From Actinomycetes bacterium (GTDB lineage Bacteria; Actinomycetota; Acidimicrobiia; Acidimicrobiales; Bog-793), in assembly GCA_021829645.1 (NCBI GenBank), contig JAKBPI010000007.1, positions 2,073 to 66,072 on the forward strand: a stretch of 64,000 nucleotides of DNA, read 5' to 3'. The notes below the pieces were generated by a model. That model saw nothing but the letters and a program-made list of their open reading frames with translations. It had not been told where the DNA came from and made no database searches. Of this stretch, positions 50,212 to 60,171 are shown piece by piece (within the stretch, counting starts at the first letter, position 1; every line of letters begins with the position of its first letter). The position numbers and the translations under genes were made by a program.

Positions 50212-50916
50212 ATGAGCCAGTTAGACGAATTCACAACCAAACTACATCGATTTGGTTCGCCGGAAAAGGCCAGGAACGCAACCCGCTTCTTTAAAACCGG
50301 GGTCGGCGACTATGGTGAAGGAGATATCTTTATAGGCGCTTCCCTGCCGGAAATCAGAAAGCTGATAAAATCCTATACCGAGTTACCGCTTTCTGATATC
50401 GAGATACTAATTACCAGTCATATACACGAAGAGAGATTGGCTGCTCTTATCATGTTAGTAAACCAATTCAGAAGCGGGAACGAAAAAACTCAAGCAGCTA
50501 TTTATGATTTTTACATAACGCATACGAAGTGGATAAACAATTGGGATCTTGTGGATGTTTCTGCAGAATTCATCGTAGGGGCATGGCTGGAAAATAAGGA
50601 TAGTAAAGTCTTGGAGGAATTGGCTCATTCGCCACTTATCTGGGAAAGGCGTATCGCCGTAATTTCTACTTTTTATTACATCAAAAAGGGTAATCCAAAT
50701 AAAGCGCTGGAAATTATTACAATTCTCCTCTACGACAAACAAGACCTTATACAAAAAGCAAACGGTTGGATGCTAAGGGAAATAGGTAAAAGGTGCTCAG
50801 TAGAAGTCGAGCGTTCATTCTTGGATACGCACTACAAAACGATGCCGCGCACGACACTACGCTACGCCATTGAGAGATTTCCTATCGCTATACGAACGCA
50901 CTATCTTTCAAAATAA
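50212..50916 (+). CDS. DNA alkylation repair protein (AlkD-like HEAT-repeat family)
   Basis: It contains ATRFFKTGVGDYGEGDIFIGASLPEIRKL, NNWDLVD and WMLREIGK, the typical DNA_alkylation family pattern. Confidence 0.8.
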   Translation: MSQLDEFTTKLHRFGSPEKARNATRFFKTGVGDYGEGDIFIGASLPEIRKLIKSYTELPLSDIEILITSHIHEERLAALIMLVNQFRSGNEKTQAAIYDFYITHTKWINNWDLVDVSAEFIVGAWLENKDSKVLEELAHSPLIWERRIAVISTFYYIKKGNPNKALEIITILLYDKQDLIQKANGWMLREIGKRCSVEVERSFLDTHYKTMPRTTLRYAIERFPIAIRTHYLSK

Positions 50917-51004
50917 CCCGAATAAAGACTGCCACTTTCCCGCCTCGTCTTAGTAACTTCTAACGCTTTTCACAACAAAGAACCTAAAACTACGCCAATC
51001 TAGG

Positions 51005-51031
51005 TACTTAAGAGAAATTTTCTCTTAAGTA
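51005..51031. repeat. 27-bp perfect palindrome TACTTAAGAGAAA-t-TTTCTCTTAAGTA
   Basis: I verified by hand 13-bp arms around one base. It lies between the alkylation-repair gene and the IS remnant. Confidence 0.6.
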
Positions 51032-51099
51032 TTCGCTCATTTATACAACCCCCCTATGTCAGGAAAGTTATCGCATTAGAATGTTAGAAAAAGGGTGAG

Positions 51100-52545
51100 A
51101 ATTGGACTAATGATGAATTATGACTATTTACCCAAAAGAACGAAGGCTAAGGCGTTGGATGCTTTAAAAGCAGCTTGAATCAGGCAGGAGTGCTGCTCCG
51201 TGAGATGAAAGAACTGTCTGAAGAGTTCAATATCTCTACTTACACTCTGTATAACCGGAAAGTCGGACTAAAAAGGAAGCTTGATAATACCGATGTAGAA
51301 GTCGACAAGTTCGATATTATTTTGCAGACTTGTGCTTTGAGTGAATTGGAACTTGATTCTTAGATCAAAACTGCCGGAGACTCATCTAAAAGCCAAAAGA
51401 GTCAAATATCAAATGACATCCCAGTAGTCGAGAAATGACGAAACTCAAAGGCAGAACTAAGACGAAGGAAAAGGCACTTGCAGAAACTACAGCTCTCTTG
51501 GTGCTTTCAAAAAAAGCACAAGTGATCCGGGGAGAAGGTAACGATTAATCCCCTCCTGGATCGCCAAAGAGCAGTTGAACTTATAGTTGAAGCACATGAA
51601 GGTGGTGCACGTTATCAAAGGACATGTGAGGCAGTTGGCATATCAGAAGACATTGCTGCGATGGAAATCCGATGTAGATGCACTAACGGACAAACGATTG
51701 GGATCACATCTAAATAAGCCATTGTAGATGCATCTCTAAAAAGTAGTACTCATCCCTACTCAAATAGTGACCAAACTAGCTGATAATGGAGAGTGCTTAA
51801 GAAGTCTAAGTTGAATGCCAAAAGAGAGAAAGAATCACCCTGCATCTGAACTTGTAGTCATTCAGTCAAATGACATTTGGAGATAGATATAACTTATCTG
51901 CCCGGAGTCATTAAGGGACTCTTCTACTGCCTCTATGTCGTAATCGATGTGTATTCCAGAAAAATAGTGGGCTTTGAAAGTTTATGACGAACAATCAGAA
52001 ATTCACATGAAGAGCCTCAGGATTATTACTTCCCTCAAAGGAATAACACCAAATATCTTGCATTCAGACAACGGAACCCTGATAAAAGGAGAACCTTACT
52101 TGATTTCTCTACTCTTTGGTAATCACTAAGACCTTTTCAAGGCCAAGGGTTAAAAATGGCAATGCTCACATTGAATCATTTTTCAGAACCCTTAAGTACT
52201 TCCCGGCTTATCCTACAAAGGATTCGGTGACATGATGAGGCACGGAGATGGGTAAGTGACTTTGTATGTCATTACAACAACCACCGTCTCCACAGCGATA
52301 TTTCATTTGTAACCCCCGAACAGAAATACAGTGCTCAAGATATCGCAGTACTGGCAAATAGAAAGGAGTGTACGAGGAAGCAGGACTTAGAAATCCACAA
52401 CGTTGATCAAAGGTCAAAATCAAATCATTTGAGCCAACTAAGGAAGTAAGTTTAGGATGTAAACCCAACAGATTAGTCAATCAACAATTACTAAGAAGTA
52501 AGCTAAGCAATGCGACAACTTTTCTGACGGTCACCTCATAGCAGT
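51100..52545 (+). mobile_element. Degenerate IS3-family insertion sequence (transposase destroyed by many stops and frameshifts)
   Basis: There are OrfA-like pieces (LREMKELSEEFNISTYTLYNRK and KALAETTALLVLSKKAQVI). There are also rve-integrase pieces (DITYLPGVIKGLFYCLYVVIDVYSRKIVGF, RPRVKNGNAHIESFFRTLKY, HRLHSDISFVTPEQKY and a tail ...NATTFLTVTS). The pieces are spread over all three + frames. Confidence 0.7.
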
Positions 52546-52612
52546 CCAATAAGCTGGTATTATATAAAATATTACCTACCAAAAATGTTGGATTTATGAA
52601 AAAGCGCCGGAG

Positions 52613-53245
52613 ATGGGAAGAAGGTACATCGTGAGAGACGTTGTTCTACAACAGTACGCGGTTTCACTCGACGGATTTAGTTGTGCTGACGATTCAGATT
52701 TCCAAAGATACGTATTTGAGCTAGGAGACCAAGAGTATGACAGTTTCTTCCTCGAAACACTCGGTCGAGCAGGAACGCATATCATGGGGAAAAATACTTA
52801 CTTGGATATGGCTCGATACTGGCCTTCCCTCTCGATCCCAATCGCAAATATCATGAATGATATTCCAAAAGTCGTTTTTTCCCGTACGCTGCAACAAGCT
52901 GATTGGGCCGAATCACGTATCGCAAGTGGCGATACAGCAGAAGAAATTGCAAAACTCAAAGCAGAACCAGGCGGTGAAATTGTCGCCCACGGAGGCTTTA
53001 GCTTCGTGCAATCACTCATAAAACTGGGGCTTGCAGATGAAATTCGCCTTTACGTCTTCCCAGTTGCCCTGGGAGAGGGAGTATCTATTTTTGGCACTCT
53101 CGATCGCTTAACCCAATATGACATCACTTCGCTTCGTCGGTTTCCATCCGGTATAGTTCTTAAAACTCTACGCCCGCTACGATCTGATACTACCGAAAAT
53201 CTCATCACCGCTGATGAAGCACAGCAAGAAGAATTTCTCACATAA
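52613..53245 (+). CDS. Dihydrofolate reductase-like protein (RibD C-terminal domain family)
   Basis: It contains AVSLDGF, GTHIMGKNTYLDMARYWP, PKVVFSRTL, GGEIVAHGGFSFVQSLIKLGLADEIRLYVFPVALGEG. Confidence 0.8.
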   Translation: MGRRYIVRDVVLQQYAVSLDGFSCADDSDFQRYVFELGDQEYDSFFLETLGRAGTHIMGKNTYLDMARYWPSLSIPIANIMNDIPKVVFSRTLQQADWAESRIASGDTAEEIAKLKAEPGGEIVAHGGFSFVQSLIKLGLADEIRLYVFPVALGEGVSIFGTLDRLTQYDITSLRRFPSGIVLKTLRPLRSDTTENLITADEAQQEEFLT

Positions 53246-53567
53246 TAAATACTTAGATGAATCGCATATAAAACAAATACGATAACATAGATAGTTGTGT
53301 ATCAGCAGGTGAATACCGTTCGCCAAACAGGACTTTGCAATTCTTTTGCCTTTACACTTAAATCAGTTCCGCTTGACCATGATACAAATCTCAAACTTAA
53401 AGCAATATCAAAGGAGCTTTACCTCAGGATAATTAGACGTAATCACAGATCGTCTACCTAGTTTACATCCTAGTTGGTGTCAAATATTGTATTACAATAC
53501 ATGTCAACAAGCAGCTACCTTACCTTAGTGTGATGTCTTGATAAATAGCTACACCCGTACGGAATCC

Positions 53568-54059
53568 CTATTGAGTCTGATCGCAATTCTTGGCGATGGC
53601 ACCAAGATAGCCGCAAGTGAGATAACAGAATAGCGCAAGGGCAAAAAGACCTGCCATAATCATGGAACTGAAATTTTCTCCATAATTGATAAAACTGATA
53701 CCGTTGAAGGCAGCACCAAGAATTGCAAAAGCCCCGAGTGTAGCTAAAACCGTATAAATTTTACGGCCGATTTGCGAAGCGAGCACGATATTAACAAACG
53801 AAGCAATAATTAAAACAAATCCAAACAAGATATGCAATATCAACCAAAAAGACTCCTGTGATACCGCCCATGTAATACCAGATGCTACTCCTGCAAAAAA
53901 GTTCTTGGCATGAGATCCGGGGTGATGATCCGGAATTGTAACAAATAGGTTCACAACCATTCCAAGTAAAAATTGGACGACGAGGGCAAGACATGCCAAA
54001 AAGTTGATATTAATAGAGCGTGCGATAGTTTCTTTTTGTACTTTGGTTTCCACAATCAC
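53568..54059 (-). CDS. Hypothetical four-TM membrane protein
   Basis: This is an ORF-track entry with four hydrophobic segments. I do not recognise the family. Confidence 0.55.
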   Translation of the reverse strand: MIVETKVQKETIARSININFLACLALVVQFLLGMVVNLFVTIPDHHPGSHAKNFFAGVASGITWAVSQESFWLILHILFGFVLIIASFVNIVLASQIGRKIYTVLATLGAFAILGAAFNGISFINYGENFSSMIMAGLFALALFCYLTCGYLGAIAKNCDQTQ

Positions 54060-54315
54060 CCCACTTGCACAATGCCTATTTTAATTTGCTCAATGTACAC
54101 AAAACATATTTATCGATATAGAAAAACGGCTTACTTGGTGATATTTCATATTTTTTACCAGTACCAATAGTAGTAATACCATAGTACCATGCCATCAATA
54201 ACAGAGGGTCGTTAATAAGTTTACTCATCGCTTACGCACTGTTCGACACTCAATATATCTGCGGTAATTAAAGTCAACGATTTATGATTAGGAGCATTTC
54301 TTGAATTATAAAGTG

Positions 54316-56508
54316 TTATTTAGATTGAACTTTTTCTCCGAACTGAACCTCGATAGCTGTCAGTAAAACAGCGACAGAGATATGTGACCTACCGATAAAA
54401 AACCGTGATGCCCTGGAAAGAATACTTTCGGCGACCGGAATCGACGGCGAGTTTTGCAACTCTTCTGCCCTCCTCCCTTGCCACGCATATATGTCGTGTT
54501 CTTGCAGAAGGCGTACGACAGCTTCGACGCACGTATTATGTTCAATTGCCAGATAGTAGGCAAGCGCAGCTTTTTGTCCTGGACTCATTTTTAGGTTTTG
54601 GACATCATCTGAAATATCTTGCTCACTCTCTATGGCATACCATGCTCTAACCCCTATTGCATTGACATCTTCTTTAAGTACGGCAGTTTCGGCGGCTTTA
54701 CTAATACCATTAAGCACATTGTAAAAAGTTGACCCATTTTCGGAAGCTGTCGCAATCGCCTCATCGGCAGCCGTTCCACTCCGAAGAGCCAGCAGATACG
54801 GGGTAAGTATTCCGCTTGTTACGATATCTGCACCGATCAACAACGCCCCCGCCGCCGCCGTCTTTCCTGCAGACAACCAATTCTCAATACTGTCAAGAAA
54901 AGCTGCTGTCGGCGCTGCGATCGCCATATTCATATTTGCCAGCGGTACCACCCATTCGGCTATATCGGTAGGGTCAGAAACTGACGGTGCGGGACTATTG
55001 GCCAAAAACCACGAAGTCATGGAGGCCGTAGCATTTTCCCGCCCGCTGTTATCTCTTACCGCTCCGTACATAAGACCGGTAAGTTCGTTCGGACTAAGAG
55101 GCCCTGGGTATGCGGCATAGTTTGCATATCCCGGCCAGCTCTCTGCCAAAGCCGTATCGCTCATCTGCTCGAATAAGCCGTCTGAACCAAACAAACCCTG
55201 ATCCGCCTGTGACCAAGATTTTATTTCCGACTCACTCAACCCGCTTAAAAAATCAATAACGGCATACGGATGCGGGATCAGGTCGGTAAGCAAGCCTTTT
55301 TCGGCACCGGATACTACACGATAAGAATACAATGCTCCGGCAAGATTGGTTGTCGCATCGTTTGTCTCGTATGCATTGACAACAATTCGATCCAACAAAG
55401 CGCTTTGTATGTCACCGCCGATCATGGCGGCAAGTACAGCCACGCTGGACGCGTCCAGCCCATTTATAAACCCAAGTGCTGCATCAGGATTTGCAGCACA
55501 GGACCGCAAATCGGTAAGCATCGATTTTGTCAAAATAGACTTTGCAAGCGGAGATTTGATCACCGATGTACCGTTCCTAACCACGGTCAAAACTGTGCCG
55601 GGAGAAGGAACTTCACTATAGGCTTGTTTAAGTATGGCGGTATCGTCATTAAAATTCAAAGCTACCTGTTGCCTACATTGCGTGACAAGAGGCGTTGATG
55701 TAATACTTGCGGCGACCTTGGTTCGATATGTCGCTGGTCTCGATCCCGGTTCAGAAACTTCAAAAATAAGGTTATCACCCGGTTCAAGCTCATGTCCCCC
55801 ACTTCCGTTGTCATAACCCCCTGCGAAACCGGATATGACAATATAGTCACTTCCCCAACTTCGCACACGGATCATGATATTACCACTGACAGAAGAAGCG
55901 TTCCAGCCATGGCTGTCAATCATGACGAGTTGGTGTTGAACATCCTTGCTATCAGAAGATTCATTTAAACAATGACCACTAATGGTGATTGACTGAGTTT
56001 TTAATGGTTTAACTATACCTACTGATTCAATACTTGGAGTACATGTCGATGAAGAGTTTGCAGTGGCATGTGAAACATAACAAGACCAGCTATAGGCATT
56101 GTTGATATTACTCACAACAGCCACAGCGTTATCATGAGGATACGTCCACTGACAAGCGGCATTCATATTGGTAGGTTTCGAACCGCATACCCATTTTTTT
56201 GCAGCGTCAGGTGCATTGACGGGACTTAGAAGCGTGGATGACTCACCAAGTGACGAACAATACGCCTGGAGATTCATACCGCCGAGATCCGTCCCTGGTT
56301 TCGGCGGCGGCGAAATAGCTCCTGCTATAGGCGAAACTGTCTGGATACCAACCAATAACAAGACCGTTAACATAATAAAAGAACAGAGAAAACGTATCGA
56401 AATACAATATCTGTGATTATACCCAGAGGGAAGAAGATGATCAGAGGAATCACCTGTCGTTGATTGACCTATTCTGGGTTTGGTTTTCATAGCTACCCAT
56501 TCCCTCAA
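54316..56508 (-). CDS. Large secreted or membrane-anchored hypothetical protein (730 aa)
   Basis: It has an N-terminal signal/anchor (FIMLTVLLLVGIQTVSPIAGA). A Cys-containing domain follows (NLQAYC...WVCG...AACQWTY...AYSWSCY), then a beta-rich middle and an Ala-rich helical C-terminal half. The start may be the internal MKTKPRIG. Confidence 0.6.
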   Translation of the reverse strand: MREWVAMKTKPRIGQSTTGDSSDHLLPSGYNHRYCISIRFLCSFIMLTVLLLVGIQTVSPIAGAISPPPKPGTDLGGMNLQAYCSSLGESSTLLSPVNAPDAAKKWVCGSKPTNMNAACQWTYPHDNAVAVVSNINNAYSWSCYVSHATANSSSTCTPSIESVGIVKPLKTQSITISGHCLNESSDSKDVQHQLVMIDSHGWNASSVSGNIMIRVRSWGSDYIVISGFAGGYDNGSGGHELEPGDNLIFEVSEPGSRPATYRTKVAASITSTPLVTQCRQQVALNFNDDTAILKQAYSEVPSPGTVLTVVRNGTSVIKSPLAKSILTKSMLTDLRSCAANPDAALGFINGLDASSVAVLAAMIGGDIQSALLDRIVVNAYETNDATTNLAGALYSYRVVSGAEKGLLTDLIPHPYAVIDFLSGLSESEIKSWSQADQGLFGSDGLFEQMSDTALAESWPGYANYAAYPGPLSPNELTGLMYGAVRDNSGRENATASMTSWFLANSPAPSVSDPTDIAEWVVPLANMNMAIAAPTAAFLDSIENWLSAGKTAAAGALLIGADIVTSGILTPYLLALRSGTAADEAIATASENGSTFYNVLNGISKAAETAVLKEDVNAIGVRAWYAIESEQDISDDVQNLKMSPGQKAALAYYLAIEHNTCVEAVVRLLQEHDIYAWQGRRAEELQNSPSIPVAESILSRASRFFIGRSHISVAVLLTAIEVQFGEKVQSK

Positions 56509-56559
56509 TTTTGCGAGATTTTGTACACGACATCAATAAGCCAACTTTTGGCAAGCAGA

Positions 56560-57260
56560 TATAAGTCCTATTATATAAGATATCGAGCATGCGTTGTCAA
56601 AAGATCATATAGCCCAACAATCTCGATCCAGTCCGGAGAGGCAAATGTTGGCGCTCGTGTATGTACGGCGTTGATAGTAGCCATAAGAGGGTAACCTCCG
56701 GATGAATGCCGAAGAAGAGCTCGTCGGGCTCACTCAAGACCTTCGACAATCTCCTGTCTGCTCACTGAGCCCTGTCTTGATCGGCGAGTAGAACAAGGTT
56801 GCTTTTTGTATCTGTCCGTGTTGAACGGTGGGCGTTACTCAACAAAATAAGAGCCGGAAGACCTTCTGCATCCGGCTCGTCTGGAAGGAGAGAGACCAAC
56901 ATGCGCGATAAATCAATGGAACGCTCAATAAGGTCAAGACGGGTAAGGTTGTCTCCAGAAGGAGCCGGGTATCCAGTGGTAAATAAAAGACGAATTACTT
57001 CAAGAACACCGTCGAGTCTTTCCGGCAGCTCATCGATATGTCGCCATACTCATCGACGAAGACGCGAAGGCAAAACAACGATGCGCTTTAGCCCCACCTG
57101 CATCAAGGCAATCCTGAGAAATAAGATCCGCAACTACTGCAGAAACCGCTTTATCGTCTACACGACGTCTCTTCTCCCCCTCATCTTTATAGCAGCTCCA
57201 ATAGCCCAACTTTTTACGCTCAACGTCGTGACAATCGGTAGTAACTCCAATAACCAATCG
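56560..57260 (-). pseudogene. Broken ECF-type sigma factor gene of the COG4941 class (sigma factor with a C-terminal helical extension)
   Basis: I translated it by eye. One frame reads ELPERLDGVLEVIRLLFTTGYPAPSGDNLTRLDLIERSIDLSRMLVSLLPDEPDAEGLPALILLSNAHRSTRTDTKSNLVLLADQDRAQ followed by a stop. Another frame then reads GGYPLMATINAVHTRAPTFASPDWIEIVGLYDLL. This matches the family pattern LLFNEGY...LLPDEPE..GLLALMLL...DQDRS.W...YQLQAAIAAVH...DW..I..LYD.L. Confidence 0.5.
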
Positions 57261-57376
57261 GAGTTCGGCTTCTCTGGACGTTGATTTTACCGGCCATTAT
57301 CCATTCCGTCCTCGCCGCATACTCTGTTATAGGTGAACGCGAACAGGGCACACTTGAACCCATTCTCACCAACCTG

Positions 57377-58066
57377 TCAAGCCGAAGAATTCCTTATCGC
57401 CAATAGCTTTGCTTCCGATCGACAGGCCCGACGCACCGCTGCGCGCCGTTGAGAATCTCTGAGGTCATCCTGGAGATTTCGACCACCCTCGCTCTGTTTT
57501 CGAATAAACCCAACGAAGAGAGTGACCGCCTCAGCGATGGAATAACCCGACTCGCAGAGTACTTCGCACCATTCGTGACACAGGTCTGTTTCTTCAAGCA
57601 AGTGAGCGAACGCTTCTTGAATTTGAAACGTCGGCACTTCGATTCTAGCCATATACCAAATTAAGCGTTGCTCTAAAAGATTCACTCCAACGGCAGATAG
57701 ACAGGCCAGGCGCTTAGAAGCAATTGTTGCTGTGGGCGCGGCGCTCATGGCGTTGAAATCACCAACGTAGAAATTCGCGCAGTCCAACATAGGGAGAGGA
57801 GTCAGCGCAAAATAACCGCTTTCCCACAACTTGGAGTTCAGACTTTCATGTTGGCGAACTGCTGCAGCAGTGTTGTGTTATTAAGTACTCCGTTCTTCCT
57901 CGCATGGAAAAGGATGAGAAATCACTATGGCCAGACCGCCTTCTTGAATGCCGGGAATAGTTACGTCGCTAACCACATCGCCAGTGAAGAGCGGACGATA
58001 TTCACTTACCTCTGTGCCGCGAGCAAAATATAGTTCCGAAGGATCTCCAAATGTCTCCAGGCTCAA
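57377..58066 (-). pseudogene. Third gene of the cassette: unknown family, interrupted by tandem in-frame TAA TAA (57878-57883)
   Basis: The TTG start overlaps the upstream stop as TTGA. The N-part reads ...SEYRPLFTGDVVSDVTIPGIQEGGLAIVISHPFPCEEERST**. The same frame continues HNTAAAVRQHESLNSKLWESGYFALTPLPMLDC... to 57377. ORFs 57881..58066 and 57377..57829 are in the same frame. Confidence 0.55.
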
Positions 58067-58704
58067 GTATTTCCCTTTCCGGGTAACCGGAATCCAAACT
58101 CGCCGTCATCTGCCTCAAATACTTCAACTGTCGACTTGTATCGCCTCTTCCAATCAGGGCTCAACCTGTCAAGAACTTCACCCGGTACGACTTGTTCGCC
58201 AGCGAGCTCAATTACATCCACAAGGTGACCCTCCTTTATTAAATCGATCGGTCTTACCGGAGCTTCTGGAACAAGGTGCATCTCCATCCAGACGGCTACA
58301 TCGGCCACAAGGTGATCTTTTTCTAAAATGTCAATTAATCCAAGCAAACGGGCTAGTGCAAGGGAATTCTCACCGGTTGGAGCTTCGCCCGACCGCCACC
58401 TCCTAAGTGCCGGCACGGACACACTAAGCATCGAGGCTATGTCTCTCCATGCAAATCCCTTATGTGACAATCTCTCTAACATCTCCGACACTGAAGCTTT
58501 CGCAATCGATCGACCCCTTGCGTTGATTTGTGCTTCAATGGCTTGATGGTGGAGTTCTCCAAGGTCACGGTCAATAATTTGGGTTACATGACGCAAGTAT
58601 CCTGCATTTTCAACCACATCATCGATAGTTTGAGTACGATCCAATACTTTGCCGACGGAGTCGGCACTTGTTCTCGTCCGATCCGATGAGATCAGGTCAA
58701 CCAT
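58063..58704 (-). CDS. HTH protein with a C-terminal region resembling the Xre/MbcA/ParS antitoxin toxin-binding domain
   Basis: The HTH-like segment is GFAWRDIASMLSVSVPALRRWRSGEAP. The C-terminal WMEMHLVPEAPVRPIDLIKEGHLVDVIELA resembles the W...P..L.G..P.DL...G....V pattern. It overlaps the upstream gene by 8 nt. Confidence 0.65.
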   Translation of the reverse strand: MVDLISSDRTRTSADSVGKVLDRTQTIDDVVENAGYLRHVTQIIDRDLGELHHQAIEAQINARGRSIAKASVSEMLERLSHKGFAWRDIASMLSVSVPALRRWRSGEAPTGENSLALARLLGLIDILEKDHLVADVAVWMEMHLVPEAPVRPIDLIKEGHLVDVIELAGEQVVPGEVLDRLSPDWKRRYKSTVEVFEADDGEFGFRLPGKGNT

Positions 58705-59533
58705 TTCTACCTTCTTTCATAAACTCAGCCTTTAGCTGCTCCGTAGTCAAGATATCGAACAGAGTCCGAATCGGGCGTCGAAGTTCGTCGCATGTCGAAA
58801 CCACAACGGCAGGATCAAACTCAGGAATATCCGATGGCGTCCAGAAGCAGTCAAAATCCCACATAAACACAGGCCTCATAGGCGGAGGTGAAGTTCGCTT
58901 GGGCTCACCGTCAGGGTTCACCACATAACTAGGGCGAGGACCGTATCTGAAAACAAGATATCGGTCCTCGCCGACATCGAATTGCACGGCGCCGTCCCAG
59001 GCAGAACACGTATAACCCGAATTAGCCATAGAAGTCAGCTTTGGAGCAACTAAAGAGGGGTCCAGCCATTTGGCCCAACTCGGAATGTCGCTTACTCTCG
59101 TTACTTCAGGAACTCGAATTTCATCTATATAGCGCATACCGATCCGTGAAATCCCATCCGGTCTGACAACTTGCGTCGTGGCGTCAACTGCGGCTTCAAT
59201 GATCTCCCTAAATTGAGGGTAATGATGGTACTCGGTTGCTTCCACCGTCACGCTGTTGCCTGTCAAGGCAATAGCCATCGTTCTGTCTCGAATCGTAAAC
59301 TTAGGCACTGTCGTCGTCGGCTGTGACTCAAGAAATGGACCAGAAGCATTGAACGAGACGACCTGCGACTGGACCTTCCGAGTCTCGATCACCCAGTCTT
59401 GACCAAGGACTTCACGGAAAGCCCTCCATAAATTCACTGGATAGGAACTACTTTTCGTTCCATCGAGAAACCGTATCTCCACGGCAACCAGGGCCAACGG
59501 AGCGTTCGGAAGAACTTCGTGGGAATCGGACAA
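58697..59533 (-). CDS. TIGR04255-like uncharacterised protein
   Basis: I moved the start to the TTG at 59531-59533, 6 nt after a perfect AGGAGG. The N-terminus is then MSDSHEVLPNAPLALVAVEIRF, and ISRIGMRYIDEI and FMWDFDCF follow later. This fits my recollection of the TIGR04255 family. The longer ORF-track N-terminus runs through an AT-rich promoter-like sequence. Confidence 0.65.
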   Translation of the reverse strand: MSDSHEVLPNAPLALVAVEIRFLDGTKSSSYPVNLWRAFREVLGQDWVIETRKVQSQVVSFNASGPFLESQPTTTVPKFTIRDRTMAIALTGNSVTVEATEYHHYPQFREIIEAAVDATTQVVRPDGISRIGMRYIDEIRVPEVTRVSDIPSWAKWLDPSLVAPKLTSMANSGYTCSAWDGAVQFDVGEDRYLVFRYGPRPSYVVNPDGEPKRTSPPPMRPVFMWDFDCFWTPSDIPEFDPAVVVSTCDELRRPIRTLFDILTTEQLKAEFMKEGRNG

Positions 59534-59849
59534 ATGCGACCTCCTAATAATGATACTAATACTAAAATCAATACTGTAAGTAATATTATAAGTCTTTATT
59601 GTAATTGAGATTGCGCCGAAAGTCCGGCTGGCACATACCCGAAGAGTCTCTAATGAAATAAGGTGCACACAGCAGATCGAAGAAACGACCCAAGCCAAGG
59701 ACCATATGTTCGCAGCCCCGTTGGTGAAATCGAACCACGTTCAAGAACCCGAAAGGGGACATGGCGGAGGAAGCGGAGCGACGTCAGGCCCAATAAACGA
59801 AAATAACCGAAAACTCACAAATCAGGTTTACCTGCCAGAATGTCAGCAC

Positions 59850-59951
59850 TCATGGCGTCCGATCGCCTGACGGCCTTTTCAAGGATTCGCCATTTTCTTC
59901 AGCGATGGTGAGAAATACCTTGCGAAGGTCTCATGAAGGATGTAAACCACA
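59850..59951 (-). pseudogene. Possible remnant of a tyrosine recombinase (integrase) C-terminus
   Basis: I translated it by eye as CGLHPS*DLRKVFLTIAEENGESLKRPSGDRTP*. This resembles the box II region hPHDLRhTFaT.a.eaG.sl. It lies directly downstream of tRNA-Val in the same orientation. The match is weak and short. Confidence 0.3.
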
Positions 59952-60171
59952 CATTGAGGGGGATCACATTTTGGATACACGCCAGTCATCCACCAGTCAT
60001 ACGGAAAAGATCAGTAACTGATTCCCTAGATCACTTCTAGAGGTAACCAACGACTTATGATCACGAATACAGGAGCTTTTTGAAATATTGTTAAATGTTT
60101 TCAAGCCTACAATAAAGAAAACACAATTCTCCGAAAACGCTATGCCGAGCTGACAAGCACAACATTCCGTT

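Noticed and set aside
56799-57284. A 161-aa + strand ORF rich in Arg/Ser.
   Set aside because: It is antisense to the recognisable sigma factor remnants and has no motifs. Its composition is typical of a reverse-strand artefact.
57346-57360. GGGCACACTTGAACC, which resembles part of the tRNA-Val 3' end (GGGCAC...TCGAACC), considered as a possible att repeat marking an island boundary.
   Set aside because: The similarity consists only of two short blocks with a gap. It is too short and imperfect to distinguish from chance without a genome-wide comparison.
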